DNA of 30,977 bases from a virus (lineage: Duplodnaviria; Caudoviricetes): positions 1 through 30,977 of the IMG/VR virus record IMGVR_UViG_3300006033_000083; one strand, given 5' to 3'. The position numbers and the translations under genes are program-made. How positions within the stretch are numbered: position 1 is the first letter of the stretch; each line of letters begins with the position of its first letter. Below the pieces are notes generated by a model. The model was not told the DNA's origin and searched no databases. It was given only the letters and a program-made list of their open reading frames with translations. Below, piece by piece: positions 17,801 to 26,636 of this stretch.

Positions 17801-20800
17801 CGACCCTGATGTGGTAGATGAGGCGCGGAAGCGATTTGCCACGAACGAAGGGGCTACGGTTCCGGTATATCTTTCTATGCAAAATCCTGTGCAGATTGGG
17901 GGTGGCGCAGAAACGTATCTCGATCTTGAGCAGAATTACGACGAGGACGCCGACGAATATAGTGAGCCGACAGGGGCACTGGTGGATTTCATCGAAGGGC
18001 TGCGTCAGGTCGCGCCCGACTTCTATGATGCTGATGTTGAGCGGGCCGCCTCTGTTCTGTTTGAGCGAGGCTTAGATGGCGGTTTAAGCGCCTCTGAGGT
18101 TTTTGATGTACTAAAGAGTGAAGAAGGAGGCTTGCTCTACGCGACAAACGAGAATGGCGACTTGGCCGGAAATGAGCTGATTCGACGAGCGTTCGAGGCT
18201 GCCGGATACGATGGCTACATTGACCGTACTGTGAACCAGAAGTTCGGCAGTGAGCGCCGTACCGGCAATGCCATGGCCGGCATGAATGAAGACACTGTTC
18301 ACTACGTCGCCTTCCGCCCCGCTCAAATAAAATCCATATTCAATCGTGGCACGTTCAACCCGAACGACGCGCGGATATTGTATCAAGACGGCAAGCGCGG
18401 CAGCTACAACCCTGAAACCAACATCACCCGCTTCTTCAAGGCGCGTGACCTTAGCACGATGCTGCATGAAGCCGGGCACCGCTGGCTCGAATCGTTCGCG
18501 GATGTGGTCGAGGATGTGCAGAACAACCTTGAGCGCCAAGACCTGACCGATGAACAGGTTGCCGGCATGCAGGGGTTGCTGGCTGACTGGGACAAGACGC
18601 TGAAGTATCTCGGCGTAAAAGACCGCAGCGAGATTGGGCGCGAGCAACACGAAACATTCGCTCGCACGGTTGAAGCCTATTTCATGACGGGCAAAGCGCC
18701 GAGCATTGAGCTGCGCTCGGTATTCAGTCGCTTCAAAGACTGGCTGATGGCTATCTACAAAGACCTGCGCGCTCTGAATGTGCAGATGACGCCTGAGATC
18801 ACGGGTGTGCTTGACCGCATGTTTGCGACCGACGAAGAGATTGCGGACGCTGAGCGCCTTGCTGGCTACGAGGGCGTGAAGATACCAGGCGCGACGGCTG
18901 CCGAGATTCGCACGCTTGAGAAGCTTACTGAAGAGGCCACTGCTGAAGCTGAGGCACAGCTTATCCCGAAGGCGATGGCACCTATCCGCCGCGTGCGTGA
19001 AAAGTGGTGGAAAGAAGAATGGAACCGTGAGGCTGAGCAAGTCGAGGCTGAGGTTCGCCAGCGCACTGAATGGCGCGCGCTTGAGCTTATTCGCGGCACC
19101 AAGGGCGACGGTGAGGATGTTGTAGCTCCGGTGAAGCTGAACCGCGACATGATGGTGCTGCTGTTTGGCGAGGGCGTAAAAGACTTCTTGCCGCGTGGCG
19201 CACTAGCCAAAGGCGGCGTTGACCCCGACATGGCAGCGCAGAAGCTTGGTCTGACGAACGCGCGCGAACTATTTGATGCCTTGTCGTCGGTGAAAGATGT
19301 CAAGCTAAAAGATGTGGTGCGTGCGGAAACTGACGCGCGCATGAACGCCAAACACGGCGACATTCTGAACGATGGTTCAATTGAAAGCGAGGCGGCTGAC
19401 GCTGTGCGCAACGAGAAGCATGCGCAGAAGATGGCGATGGAGCTGCGTGTGTTGCGCCGCTTGGGTGGCGACAAAGAGATTCGCAAGGTGGCTGAGCGCC
19501 GTGTTGCTCAGGAAGGTGCGCAGAACGCGCAGACCTATAAGAGTGAAGCGGTTGAGGCTGACAATGCTGCTGAGCTTATGGCGGCGCAGGAGGCTGGGCG
19601 GCTTGCAAGTTTCGCCCGCCGCTATGATCGTGAGGGCGCTCGCACTGCCAACTGGTACATGCGTGACATCGACCCTAAGAACATTCGCCGCATGGCTAAG
19701 GAAACCATTGGCAAGGTGCCGGTGCGTCATTCTGGCAAGGTCGCGGTGTATGCGCAGGCCACTGTTCGCTTCTCGAATATGTCGCGCAAGGCGTTGCAGA
19801 AGCGCCAATACGAAGAGGCGGCTGAGTACAAGTACCGCCAGCTATTGAACCACTACCTCTACATGGAAGCGCGCTCTCTACGTGATGAGATGGATAAAGC
19901 ATACAAGCGCCTTGAGCCGTTGCAGCGGGCTGAGAACAAGATCGGCGGCAAGTACGACCTCGACTATATGCGCATGGGGCAATACCTCATGGCGCGCACG
20001 GGCTTGTCGGAAGTGCCGGTGGATGTGACCGATGCGGAATTTGCCGAGTGGCGAGCTGGCCTGAGCGATGAAAGCAAGGCTGAGCTGATGATGTTCCAGC
20101 TCATTCCTGCGGATGTGGCGAACTACAAAGACCTGACGGTTGACCAGTTCCGTGACCTTGCCGCTGGCCTGAATAATCTGATTACGGTAGCGCGCGGCAA
20201 AAAGGAGCTTGAGCTGAACGGTGAGAAGTTTGCCCGCGACCAGGTGGTTGGTGAGCTGACCGGCATTCTAGCTGAGCGTGCACGTGAGCGTGAAACCGCA
20301 CAGATCGGCGCGACCGAAGAAGAAAAGTTCGCTGGCAAGCTCCTGTCGCTTGGTTCGGCTCTGACCCGCGTTGAGGCGTGGGCGTATAAGATGGATGGCG
20401 GCAAGCAAGATGGGCCATTCACCACATACCTTGTGCGACCCGTGATGGACGCGCTGGGCGTTTACAAGACGCAGAAGACGAAGCGGCTGGCTGAGATTGT
20501 TTCTATTATCGAGCCGTTGCGCGAACAAATGCTGAAGCCGCAGCAGATCAATGCGCCTGAGTTAAAGGCCGCTGGGCAGAACCGTGCACCATCATTCGAG
20601 AACAAAGGCAAGCTTATTCATGCCATTTTGCACACCGGCAACAAGAGCAACCGCGACAAGCTGCTTGGCGGCTATGGGTGGGGTGAGCCTGTCTACCGAC
20701 AGCGCGTGACGAAAACTGGCCGCCTGTCAGTTAGCCGCACCGGCCAGCCTATCATGGAGTTCGTCGGCATCGACACGAGCAAGTGGGATGCATTCGTATC

Positions 20801-22472
20801 GCGCATGTTCCGCGAGGGTGTGCTGACGAAGGCCGACATGGATATGGTGCAGGCCATTTGGGATTTGAACGAAAGCCTGAAGCCGGATGCGCAGGCGGCG
20901 CACAAAAAGATGTTTGGCTATGAGTTCGCTGAGGTAACTGCCGAACAGATGGAAACGCCCGTGGGCACATACCGTGGCGGCTACATGCCAGCGATCATCG
21001 ACCGCGACCTGTCTATTGACGGGGACAAGCGTGCGGCTGACGAGGCGCTTAGCAATACGCAGGCGGCCAATATGTTCCCCACCACTGGCCGCGGCTTTAC
21101 CAAGCAGCGTAGTGAGTTCTACCGTGAGCCGCTTCAGTTGAACCTGATGCTGATTCCGTCGCACGTCGATAAGGTGCTGCGTTTCACCCATCTTGAGCCG
21201 ACCATCAAAGAAACCGCCAAGATTGTGAACGACCGCAATTTTATGAAGTCGCTGCGTGAGATGAACCCCGCGGCGCATGGCAGCATGCTTGTGCCTTGGC
21301 TTCAACGCACGGCGCGGCAGGTAGTGGAAACACCAGCTACCGATAAAGCTGGCCAACTGATGGGTGAGTACCTTCGCGGTGCTCGCAAGCGCATGGGTAT
21401 TGCGCTGATGGCCGGTAACATCGTCAACGCGTTGCAGCAAGTTACTGGCCTTTCAAGCGCGCGCGCCGCTATCGGAAAAGGGTACATGAAGCGAGCGCTG
21501 GTGAACTATGTGCGTGACCACAGCGGCGTATCAACCGAAGTGCTTAGCCGTTCGGAGTTCATGCGCAACCGCTTGGGTAGCTCGGCGGTGGATATGATGG
21601 CGAACATCGAAGAGATTTTGGAAAGACCTGGCAACCTTAGGAAGCTGCAACGCATTGCCGACCGCCACGGATACTTCTTGCAAACAGGCGCACAGCGCAT
21701 TGTGGATGTTATCTCATGGTCTGCCGCATACGACAAAGCGGTTGGGCGGGGTAAGAGTGAAGCTGATGCCGTGTTCTACGCTGACAGCATTGTTCGGCGC
21801 ACGCAGGGTGACTTCTCGCCTGAGAACGTGTCGGCATTCGAGGCTGGCTCAGCTCTCAAGCGGCTGTTCACGCAATTCGCCAGCTACTTTAACACACAGG
21901 CAAATATGCTGGGGTCTGAAGCGGATGTGATATTGCGGCAAGACACAGGGTGGAGCGGTAAGCGCAACCAGCTCTTCGGCCTGTATTTCTTTGGTATGTT
22001 TATCCCCGCTGTGTTGGCTGAAGCTATCGTGCAGGGTGCGCGCGGCGAGCTTGGCGACGAAGATGATGACGGCTACTTTGACGACTTCCTTGAGTTGTTC
22101 CTCGGTTCGCAGGTTCGTTTCACTGCCGCAATGGTTCCGATAGGCGGGCAAATTGCTATGGCAGTGCTGAACGCGTGGAACGACAAATGGTACGATGACC
22201 GCATATCAACTTCGCCAGTTATCTCTGGTGCGGAAACTTTCGCCCGCTCATTCAAGTCGGTTCCCATGGCGCTGTTCGGTGATGGCGATAAGAGCATGGC
22301 TGTCAAAGATGCCACGATGGCTGTGAGCCTTGCAACTGGCCTGCCCCTCTACCAGCTATCGAAGCCGGTGGCGTATGTGGTTGACGTGGCTGAGGGCGAC
22401 TCGCGACCGCAAGGCATTGTGGACTGGATGCAGGGCTTGATTTCGGGGCGTGATGGCACTGCGAAGAAGTAG
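14886..22472 (+). CDS. Giant internal virion polyvalent protein (LPD22-like N-terminus, ART-PolyVal-like domain, zincin HExxH metallopeptidase, helical C-terminal body)
   Basis: 2528 aa in the T7 gp16 position; FKRWFGDSKV..PLVVYHGT..GAGFYFS..VPVYL..GYDG..QIKSIFNRGTF (17520-18380); STMLHEAGH (HExxH at 18465-18479). Confidence 0.85.
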   Translation: MQTDLERYLADETPTAPAQPKTNLERYLDGDDAEASVRQSLTAVEATGVTPQQAVEAKQLSKKLGMPPVVVEADLDGAKKRAEQQEIISAARKDPDIEWLMRDPNMAKVARGDVGSLTKLSEVVKSIPSSIPIIGPVATAYGFGIDAAPYIGNSLERGVLRVKQGAQQFMAESARRAQDDQSRSFLEILQDAQNIGGIAAMPMQLALPNAATRYLQSRYDSAVGVDNNAIAQQRMLSVGQTANEISQIEMSPAATRFREAVQQGESSGGWTGALSAAASDPLGALAFIGEAGLESFPQLAAMVGITAATKNPLAGAAVMGGASGLTERYVSPAEFFQDKGIDLRNPEAVRAIFSDKALLDEAQQYGFTRGAIIGSVDALSGGIASRTLMSSPLGNMLAQMLVQTTSAGAGEAGAQLATKGKVSPAEVIFEALGELFTAPAEVATLNSQYRNQIQISRITAKVAVKTANDATKAREEGAALDAVVETAVQTPLREQDPETFRAFMKQVAARTGREDVSIPADKLVEYCQSVGLDPYSIPEIADDLADAHANGEDVIIPLDAYVTNIAPDHHAGLAPHIRVDLDSLTRQEAEESSAAFEALVQEENERIAAAMADENVAAVEQVKQDAKSQYVESGAYAPEVAEFGSISESKLWGTWASRLGGAIGTAADLYNKHRPLRVAPVNEAAQLRQRVDDLELDIAALKARRGAKTSDPYLKQRAAQGAGLLEFIARRGGIEEFSGEMKSRGADKWHRKYPGMPKLVRPERDRSQSAMAGMAGDNEYTADSVARAAWEAGYFPEFAERPSINDLYEAIDQELRGNFRFLQQPDSATVEREQYLDQLDEYLGRLGVGTDAKIEDVKAAIDADQKRMADEGELYQEGQIATESEAFKRWFGDSKVIDEDGQPLVVYHGTTADFEAFDRERANPESDLGAGFYFSNTTDDVGVNYAGFGPDLTNKIEREAERIASETDREYDDPDVVDEARKRFATNEGATVPVYLSMQNPVQIGGGAETYLDLEQNYDEDADEYSEPTGALVDFIEGLRQVAPDFYDADVERAASVLFERGLDGGLSASEVFDVLKSEEGGLLYATNENGDLAGNELIRRAFEAAGYDGYIDRTVNQKFGSERRTGNAMAGMNEDTVHYVAFRPAQIKSIFNRGTFNPNDARILYQDGKRGSYNPETNITRFFKARDLSTMLHEAGHRWLESFADVVEDVQNNLERQDLTDEQVAGMQGLLADWDKTLKYLGVKDRSEIGREQHETFARTVEAYFMTGKAPSIELRSVFSRFKDWLMAIYKDLRALNVQMTPEITGVLDRMFATDEEIADAERLAGYEGVKIPGATAAEIRTLEKLTEEATAEAEAQLIPKAMAPIRRVREKWWKEEWNREAEQVEAEVRQRTEWRALELIRGTKGDGEDVVAPVKLNRDMMVLLFGEGVKDFLPRGALAKGGVDPDMAAQKLGLTNARELFDALSSVKDVKLKDVVRAETDARMNAKHGDILNDGSIESEAADAVRNEKHAQKMAMELRVLRRLGGDKEIRKVAERRVAQEGAQNAQTYKSEAVEADNAAELMAAQEAGRLASFARRYDREGARTANWYMRDIDPKNIRRMAKETIGKVPVRHSGKVAVYAQATVRFSNMSRKALQKRQYEEAAEYKYRQLLNHYLYMEARSLRDEMDKAYKRLEPLQRAENKIGGKYDLDYMRMGQYLMARTGLSEVPVDVTDAEFAEWRAGLSDESKAELMMFQLIPADVANYKDLTVDQFRDLAAGLNNLITVARGKKELELNGEKFARDQVVGELTGILAERARERETAQIGATEEEKFAGKLLSLGSALTRVEAWAYKMDGGKQDGPFTTYLVRPVMDALGVYKTQKTKRLAEIVSIIEPLREQMLKPQQINAPELKAAGQNRAPSFENKGKLIHAILHTGNKSNRDKLLGGYGWGEPVYRQRVTKTGRLSVSRTGQPIMEFVGIDTSKWDAFVSRMFREGVLTKADMDMVQAIWDLNESLKPDAQAAHKKMFGYEFAEVTAEQMETPVGTYRGGYMPAIIDRDLSIDGDKRAADEALSNTQAANMFPTTGRGFTKQRSEFYREPLQLNLMLIPSHVDKVLRFTHLEPTIKETAKIVNDRNFMKSLREMNPAAHGSMLVPWLQRTARQVVETPATDKAGQLMGEYLRGARKRMGIALMAGNIVNALQQVTGLSSARAAIGKGYMKRALVNYVRDHSGVSTEVLSRSEFMRNRLGSSAVDMMANIEEILERPGNLRKLQRIADRHGYFLQTGAQRIVDVISWSAAYDKAVGRGKSEADAVFYADSIVRRTQGDFSPENVSAFEAGSALKRLFTQFASYFNTQANMLGSEADVILRQDTGWSGKRNQLFGLYFFGMFIPAVLAEAIVQGARGELGDEDDDGYFDDFLELFLGSQVRFTAAMVPIGGQIAMAVLNAWNDKWYDDRISTSPVISGAETFARSFKSVPMALFGDGDKSMAVKDATMAVSLATGLPLYQLSKPVAYVVDVAEGDSRPQGIVDWMQGLISGRDGTAKK

Positions 22473-22473
22473 C

Positions 22474-22520
22474 GTTCTGATAAACCGTGCGTTGCGAAAA
22501 TCGCAATGAAAATGTATAGT
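22474..22520 (+). promoter_or_regulatory. Tail-fibre promoter: upstream box (22474-22494), -35 TTGCGA, -10 TATAGT (22515-22520), operator 22492-22506
   Basis: TTGCGA-17 nt-TATAGT; TTGCGAAAATCGCAA overlaps the -35; upstream GTTCTGATAAACCGTGCGTTG. Confidence 0.7.
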
Positions 22521-22541
22521 GTTTGTTCTAAGGGGTGAGTG

Positions 22542-24494
22542 ATGACTGTTCCTGCTTCAAGCAATAAAGGTGGGCCTTACAGCGGCAATGATGTGACCAC
22601 ATCGTTTGCGTATGGCTTTCGCATTTTAGACAAGACTCACCTGCGTGTGTACCTGACGAACGCCGATGATGAGGTGCAGGCAGACCTTACGGTTGACGAT
22701 GACTACACCGTGTCTGGTGTTGGCAGCGAGCTTGGTGGCAATGTGAGCTACCCTGTTTCTGGCTCGCCTTTGCCGACCGGCTGGAAGCTGACGATTCTGC
22801 GCAACGTGCCGTTCGATCAGGACACAGATATTGCAAACGCCGGCGCATTCTATCCCGATGTGCACGAAGGCGTTTTCGACAAACTGACCATGCAAATGCA
22901 GCAGCTTAAAGAGGCTGTTGACCGTGCGGTGAAGGTGGATGCATCAAGCACTGCCGACCCCGATGACCTTATTGCTGACCTGACTGTGGCGAGCAACGCC
23001 GCTGTGGCTGCTGCTATTGCTGCTGCTGCATCTGATGACCTTGCTGAAGACTGGGCGGTGAAGACTGACGGCATTGTTGACTCGGTAGACTATTCCTCGA
23101 AAGCGTGGGCGATTGGCGGCACTGGTGTGACGAACACCGCAAGCCGAGGCGCTGCAAAAGAGTGGGCGACAAAGACGGGCGGTACGGTTGACGGGACTGA
23201 ATACAGCGCGAAGAAGTACGCCGCTGACGCAGCCACGGCGCTCGCGAACATTCAGGCCGCTGTTGATAGCGCGATGTTCCGCGACGTTGTATTTTTGACC
23301 GCCGCTAACAGCCCTTATACTGTAACCCAGAACGACAACGGCAAGATGCTGGCAGTAAGCACTGCGAGTGGCACTGTGTCGATCACGCTGCCGCAGATTA
23401 GCGGCCTGACATTGCCGTTCACGCTCGGCATCAAGAAGACCTCAAGCGATGGCAGCTCGGTCACAGTGACCCGTAGCGGCACGGACACCATCGACGGCGG
23501 CACCTCGAAAACAATCACATCGCCTAACTCTGGCTCTACTTTTATTCCCGACACGGACAGCTCGCCTGATACGTGGACGACCGCAGACTTCGGTGCGGCT
23601 GGGGGCAACATCACCGTAGACGCGTTCGTGGGCGACGGCTCGAACGCCTCTTTCGTGCTTTCGGTTGACCCAGGAAGCAAAAACAACACAACTGTCGTTG
23701 TCGGCGGCGTGGTGCAGCTCAAGCAAGACTATACGCTGACCGGCGCGACCATCACCCTCGGCGCGGCACCTGGTCTTGGCGTTGACGTAGAGGTGTGGTC
23801 TGGAACCACGGCGAGCATTGGCGTGCCGAGCGACGGCACTGTGAGCAACGCCAAGATGGCAGACATGGCGCAGGCGACCATTAAAGGCCGCGCTTCTGGC
23901 GCTGGCACGGGCGCGCCGGTTGACCTTACGGCGACGCAGGCCACTGCAATCATCAACGCATTTGTTGGCGATAGCGGCGCTGGCGGCACGAAGGGTGCCG
24001 TGCCTGCACCTGCGGCTGGCGATGCTGCTGCGGGGAAGTTTTTGAAGTCAGACGGAACGTGGGCAGCGCCAACCACTATCAGCGGCCCTACCAGTTGGAC
24101 TCCCGCGCTCAGCTTCACTGTACCCGGCAACCTTAGCGTCACATATTCCACGCAGGCTGGTACTTATGTGAAGATTGGACGCCTCGTCATTGCATGGTTC
24201 ACCGTAAGTACTTCAGCGTTCACCCACACAACGGCCACTGGGGTTTTGCGCATTACTGGCCTGCCGTTTGCCATTAGCACGTCGCAAGAATTTCACATGC
24301 CGCTTGGGGCTTTCGCGGGGATTACGAAAGCGAACTACACGCAATTTGAATGCCGCATGACAAACGGCGATTCGTTCCTTGAAATTATTGCTTCTGGCAG
24401 CGGCCAGTCGCTTTCCACTGTGAGCATCATGGATGCGGCAAGCGGTACTAACAAAACATTATACGGCTGTGTGATGTACACGGCGGCTAGCTAG
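22542..24494 (+). CDS. Tail fibre protein
   Basis: T7 gp17-like anchor YSGNDVTTSFAYGFRILD...LTILRNVP; A(K/E)xWA repeats; Gly/Thr-rich shaft; C-terminal WTP...GTYVKIGRLV...ITGLPF tip domain. Confidence 0.88.
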   Translation: MTVPASSNKGGPYSGNDVTTSFAYGFRILDKTHLRVYLTNADDEVQADLTVDDDYTVSGVGSELGGNVSYPVSGSPLPTGWKLTILRNVPFDQDTDIANAGAFYPDVHEGVFDKLTMQMQQLKEAVDRAVKVDASSTADPDDLIADLTVASNAAVAAAIAAAASDDLAEDWAVKTDGIVDSVDYSSKAWAIGGTGVTNTASRGAAKEWATKTGGTVDGTEYSAKKYAADAATALANIQAAVDSAMFRDVVFLTAANSPYTVTQNDNGKMLAVSTASGTVSITLPQISGLTLPFTLGIKKTSSDGSSVTVTRSGTDTIDGGTSKTITSPNSGSTFIPDTDSSPDTWTTADFGAAGGNITVDAFVGDGSNASFVLSVDPGSKNNTTVVVGGVVQLKQDYTLTGATITLGAAPGLGVDVEVWSGTTASIGVPSDGTVSNAKMADMAQATIKGRASGAGTGAPVDLTATQATAIINAFVGDSGAGGTKGAVPAPAAGDAAAGKFLKSDGTWAAPTTISGPTSWTPALSFTVPGNLSVTYSTQAGTYVKIGRLVIAWFTVSTSAFTHTTATGVLRITGLPFAISTSQEFHMPLGAFAGITKANYTQFECRMTNGDSFLEIIASGSGQSLSTVSIMDAASGTNKTLYGCVMYTAAS

Positions 24495-24501
24495 GGGTTT
24501 T

Positions 24502-25833
24502 ATGGTTGATGTTCGAGAGTTCGGCACGTTTGTAAACGGCAATCACGCAACGCTTATCAACACGGCGCTTGCATCTGGGCATGATATTGAGTTGCCTAAC
24601 AGTGATTTTCTGCCTGATAGCCAATACGTCATCGACACGCCGCTGCTGCTTAGTAATACCGGCCAGACGTTGCGCGGCGGCTCACCGAATCGCTGCAAGC
24701 TGGTAACGCCCACCGACTTGACCAGCGACCTTGATATGATTCGTATCTCGGCTTCGCATTGCGTGGCTGAGAACATGTTCCTGTGGCCAGCCAAAAGCAA
24801 CCACATCGGCGCACGGGCTTATGCTGCGTGGACTAAGCTAGAGCGTATGCGTATCTTTGCTGCTGTGAACGGGCAGGGTAAGGCGGTCGTGCTTACCACT
24901 ATCAACCCCACAACTGGCCAGCCGGTTTCTGGTGCTTATAACAACCTGATTAAAAACAACTGGCTTGGGTACTGGGGCTACGGCTTCCAAACGGCAATCG
25001 AAGCATACGGCCAGAACGCTAACCGTTACCTAGAAAACCATATCCTTGGCGACAAGTTTATCAGCGCCACTTATGGTGGTGGCAACCTATACGCGCACAA
25101 CACCATGCAATCACTGACAGGCACCATTCCAACGAAAGCAGGTTACGCAATCGACCTTGCTGCTGATGCCGTGGGCGAAATGGTCATCGGCAATTACTTC
25201 GAGCGCTACCTTGCCGCCGTTCGCTCGGCCCGCACTGACAATACCTACAAGGTGTTTGGCCTGACGAACAACCACTACGATAACTGCGCTGCGCATTACA
25301 GCGTGCTTTCTGGTCTTGAGAACTACAGCGACGACGAAGAAGGCGCATACAGCCCACCTCCGCCACCCCCGCCGCCTCCGGGGGATTTTGCTGAAATCAC
25401 GGGCGGCACTGTCATTGGCAACATGACTTCGGGCGCTGGCATCAACGCGCCGTTCACTGGCTCGACCAGCAAAACTATAAGCGAGTGTGCGCAATCAGCG
25501 CCATACGTGCTTACCGGCCATGTCGGCAAAGACTGGGGTGCTGCGAAGACGGTCGCCAAATATGAGATTTGGGGTTCGTCTAACTACGGCTACGACCTAA
25601 CAAGCGGCACCGGCTCGACGGTTACCGTCACGGCAAAGCTGAAGGGTTGGAACGGTTCGGCTTGGATTGACCTGCACACTATCTCAGCTTTCCAAGACAA
25701 CAACACCAGCCAGCCAAAATCCATCACCAGCGGCATCACAGCTACCCCATGCACCAAGCACTATGTGGAACTGACATCCGCGAACGGTGGCGGCGTAGTT
25801 CTGGCGGCGGCTAAATTTTACGAGGCAGCATAG
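24502..25833 (+). CDS. Putative tailspike/depolymerase: beta-helix-like N-terminal domain, Pro9 linker, C-terminal beta-sandwich
   Basis: MVDVREFG...INTALA start resembles pectate-lyase-3-type beta-helix; Asn-rich rungs; PPPPPPPPP at 25354-25380. Confidence 0.6.
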   Translation: MVDVREFGTFVNGNHATLINTALASGHDIELPNSDFLPDSQYVIDTPLLLSNTGQTLRGGSPNRCKLVTPTDLTSDLDMIRISASHCVAENMFLWPAKSNHIGARAYAAWTKLERMRIFAAVNGQGKAVVLTTINPTTGQPVSGAYNNLIKNNWLGYWGYGFQTAIEAYGQNANRYLENHILGDKFISATYGGGNLYAHNTMQSLTGTIPTKAGYAIDLAADAVGEMVIGNYFERYLAAVRSARTDNTYKVFGLTNNHYDNCAAHYSVLSGLENYSDDEEGAYSPPPPPPPPPGDFAEITGGTVIGNMTSGAGINAPFTGSTSKTISECAQSAPYVLTGHVGKDWGAAKTVAKYEIWGSSNYGYDLTSGTGSTVTVTAKLKGWNGSAWIDLHTISAFQDNNTSQPKSITSGITATPCTKHYVELTSANGGGVVLAAAKFYEAA

Positions 25834-25840
25834 GAGGCTT

Positions 25841-26368
25841 ATGGCACTGACGAAATTACATGGCAACATGATCGAGGATGGCACTGTAAGTCCGACACAT
25901 CTGCACGCTAGCTCTAAGTCGGTTGTGGTGCAGCGTGTGCTTTCGTCTACCGGCGCGGTAGCCACTGGCACGACAATTACCCCATCTGACGACACGGTGC
26001 CAACAAGCTCCGAGGGCACCGAGTTCATGACGGCGAACATCACGCCGACCAGCGCAACAAATTATCTTGACATCTCCGGCGTAGTCCACGCATCAGCCTC
26101 TACCTCTGGCCGCATCACTGTCGCTGTTTTTGTTGGCGCTTCTGCAACGCCAATTAGCGTGGCGGGGCAGGCTATCGCAAACAACAACAACATTTTCGCA
26201 ATTCCGTTCCGCGCTCGCGTAGTGGCCGGTTCTACCAGTGAGCTAACCATCCGTGTTCGCGCTGGGCTTCACAACGCTGGCACCGTGACCTTCAACGGCG
26301 AAGGAGGCAACCGTCTGTATGGCGGTTCGCTCGTAAGCTACATTGAAATATCTGAGATCAAGGCGTAA
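25841..26368 (+). CDS. Putative small tail-fibre/receptor-binding protein
   Basis: SD AGGAGG; MALTKL start, ITPTSATNYL, C-terminal SYIEISEI typical of short fibre-tip proteins. Confidence 0.6.
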   Translation: MALTKLHGNMIEDGTVSPTHLHASSKSVVVQRVLSSTGAVATGTTITPSDDTVPTSSEGTEFMTANITPTSATNYLDISGVVHASASTSGRITVAVFVGASATPISVAGQAIANNNNIFAIPFRARVVAGSTSELTIRVRAGLHNAGTVTFNGEGGNRLYGGSLVSYIEISEIKA

Positions 26369-26376
26369 ATAAGGTG

Positions 26377-26391
26377 TTGAGAATATCGCAA
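26377..26391. promoter_or_regulatory. Palindromic operator TTGAGAATATCGCAA upstream of lysis cassette
   Basis: Matches the repeated 15-mer, intergenic. Confidence 0.75.
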
Positions 26392-26422
26392 TGTTATGTT
26401 ACAAATGGGAAAGGATAACCGC

Positions 26423-26620
26423 ATGACCGGCCAAGGGCATCACATGCAACATCAAGTGGACGTAGCTTTGGCTGGTGGGGCGATGACATCGCCAGTGTGG
26501 TTGCAGTTATTTGAAACCATCGCACAGTATTACCTCATCATCGGCGGCGTTGTCTTGCTGACGCTGCGCATTCTTATTGCGGCTATCGAGTTTCACCAGA
26601 AGCGCAAGAATAAAGCATGA
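26423..26620 (+). CDS. Putative holin
   Basis: SD AAGGA before ATG 26423; hydrophobic YYLIIGGVVLLTLRILIAAI and basic C-terminus HQKRKNKA; start of lysis region. Confidence 0.55.
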   Translation: MTGQGHHMQHQVDVALAGGAMTSPVWLQLFETIAQYYLIIGGVVLLTLRILIAAIEFHQKRKNKA

Positions 26621-26636
26621 AACCTAAGGGGGGTTT

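Noticed and set aside
18111-19040. 309-aa minus-strand ORF, and similar ones such as 5788-6579 and 20727-21440
   Set aside because: Antisense shadows of well-supported genes in GC-rich coding DNA
23043-23222. A(K/E)xWA...YS(S/A)K repeats in the tail fibre
   Set aside because: Real but a common fibre shaft repeat; not novel
22542-26368. Diversity-generating retroelement as in BPP-1
   Set aside because: No reverse transcriptase and no template/variable repeat pair visible in this window
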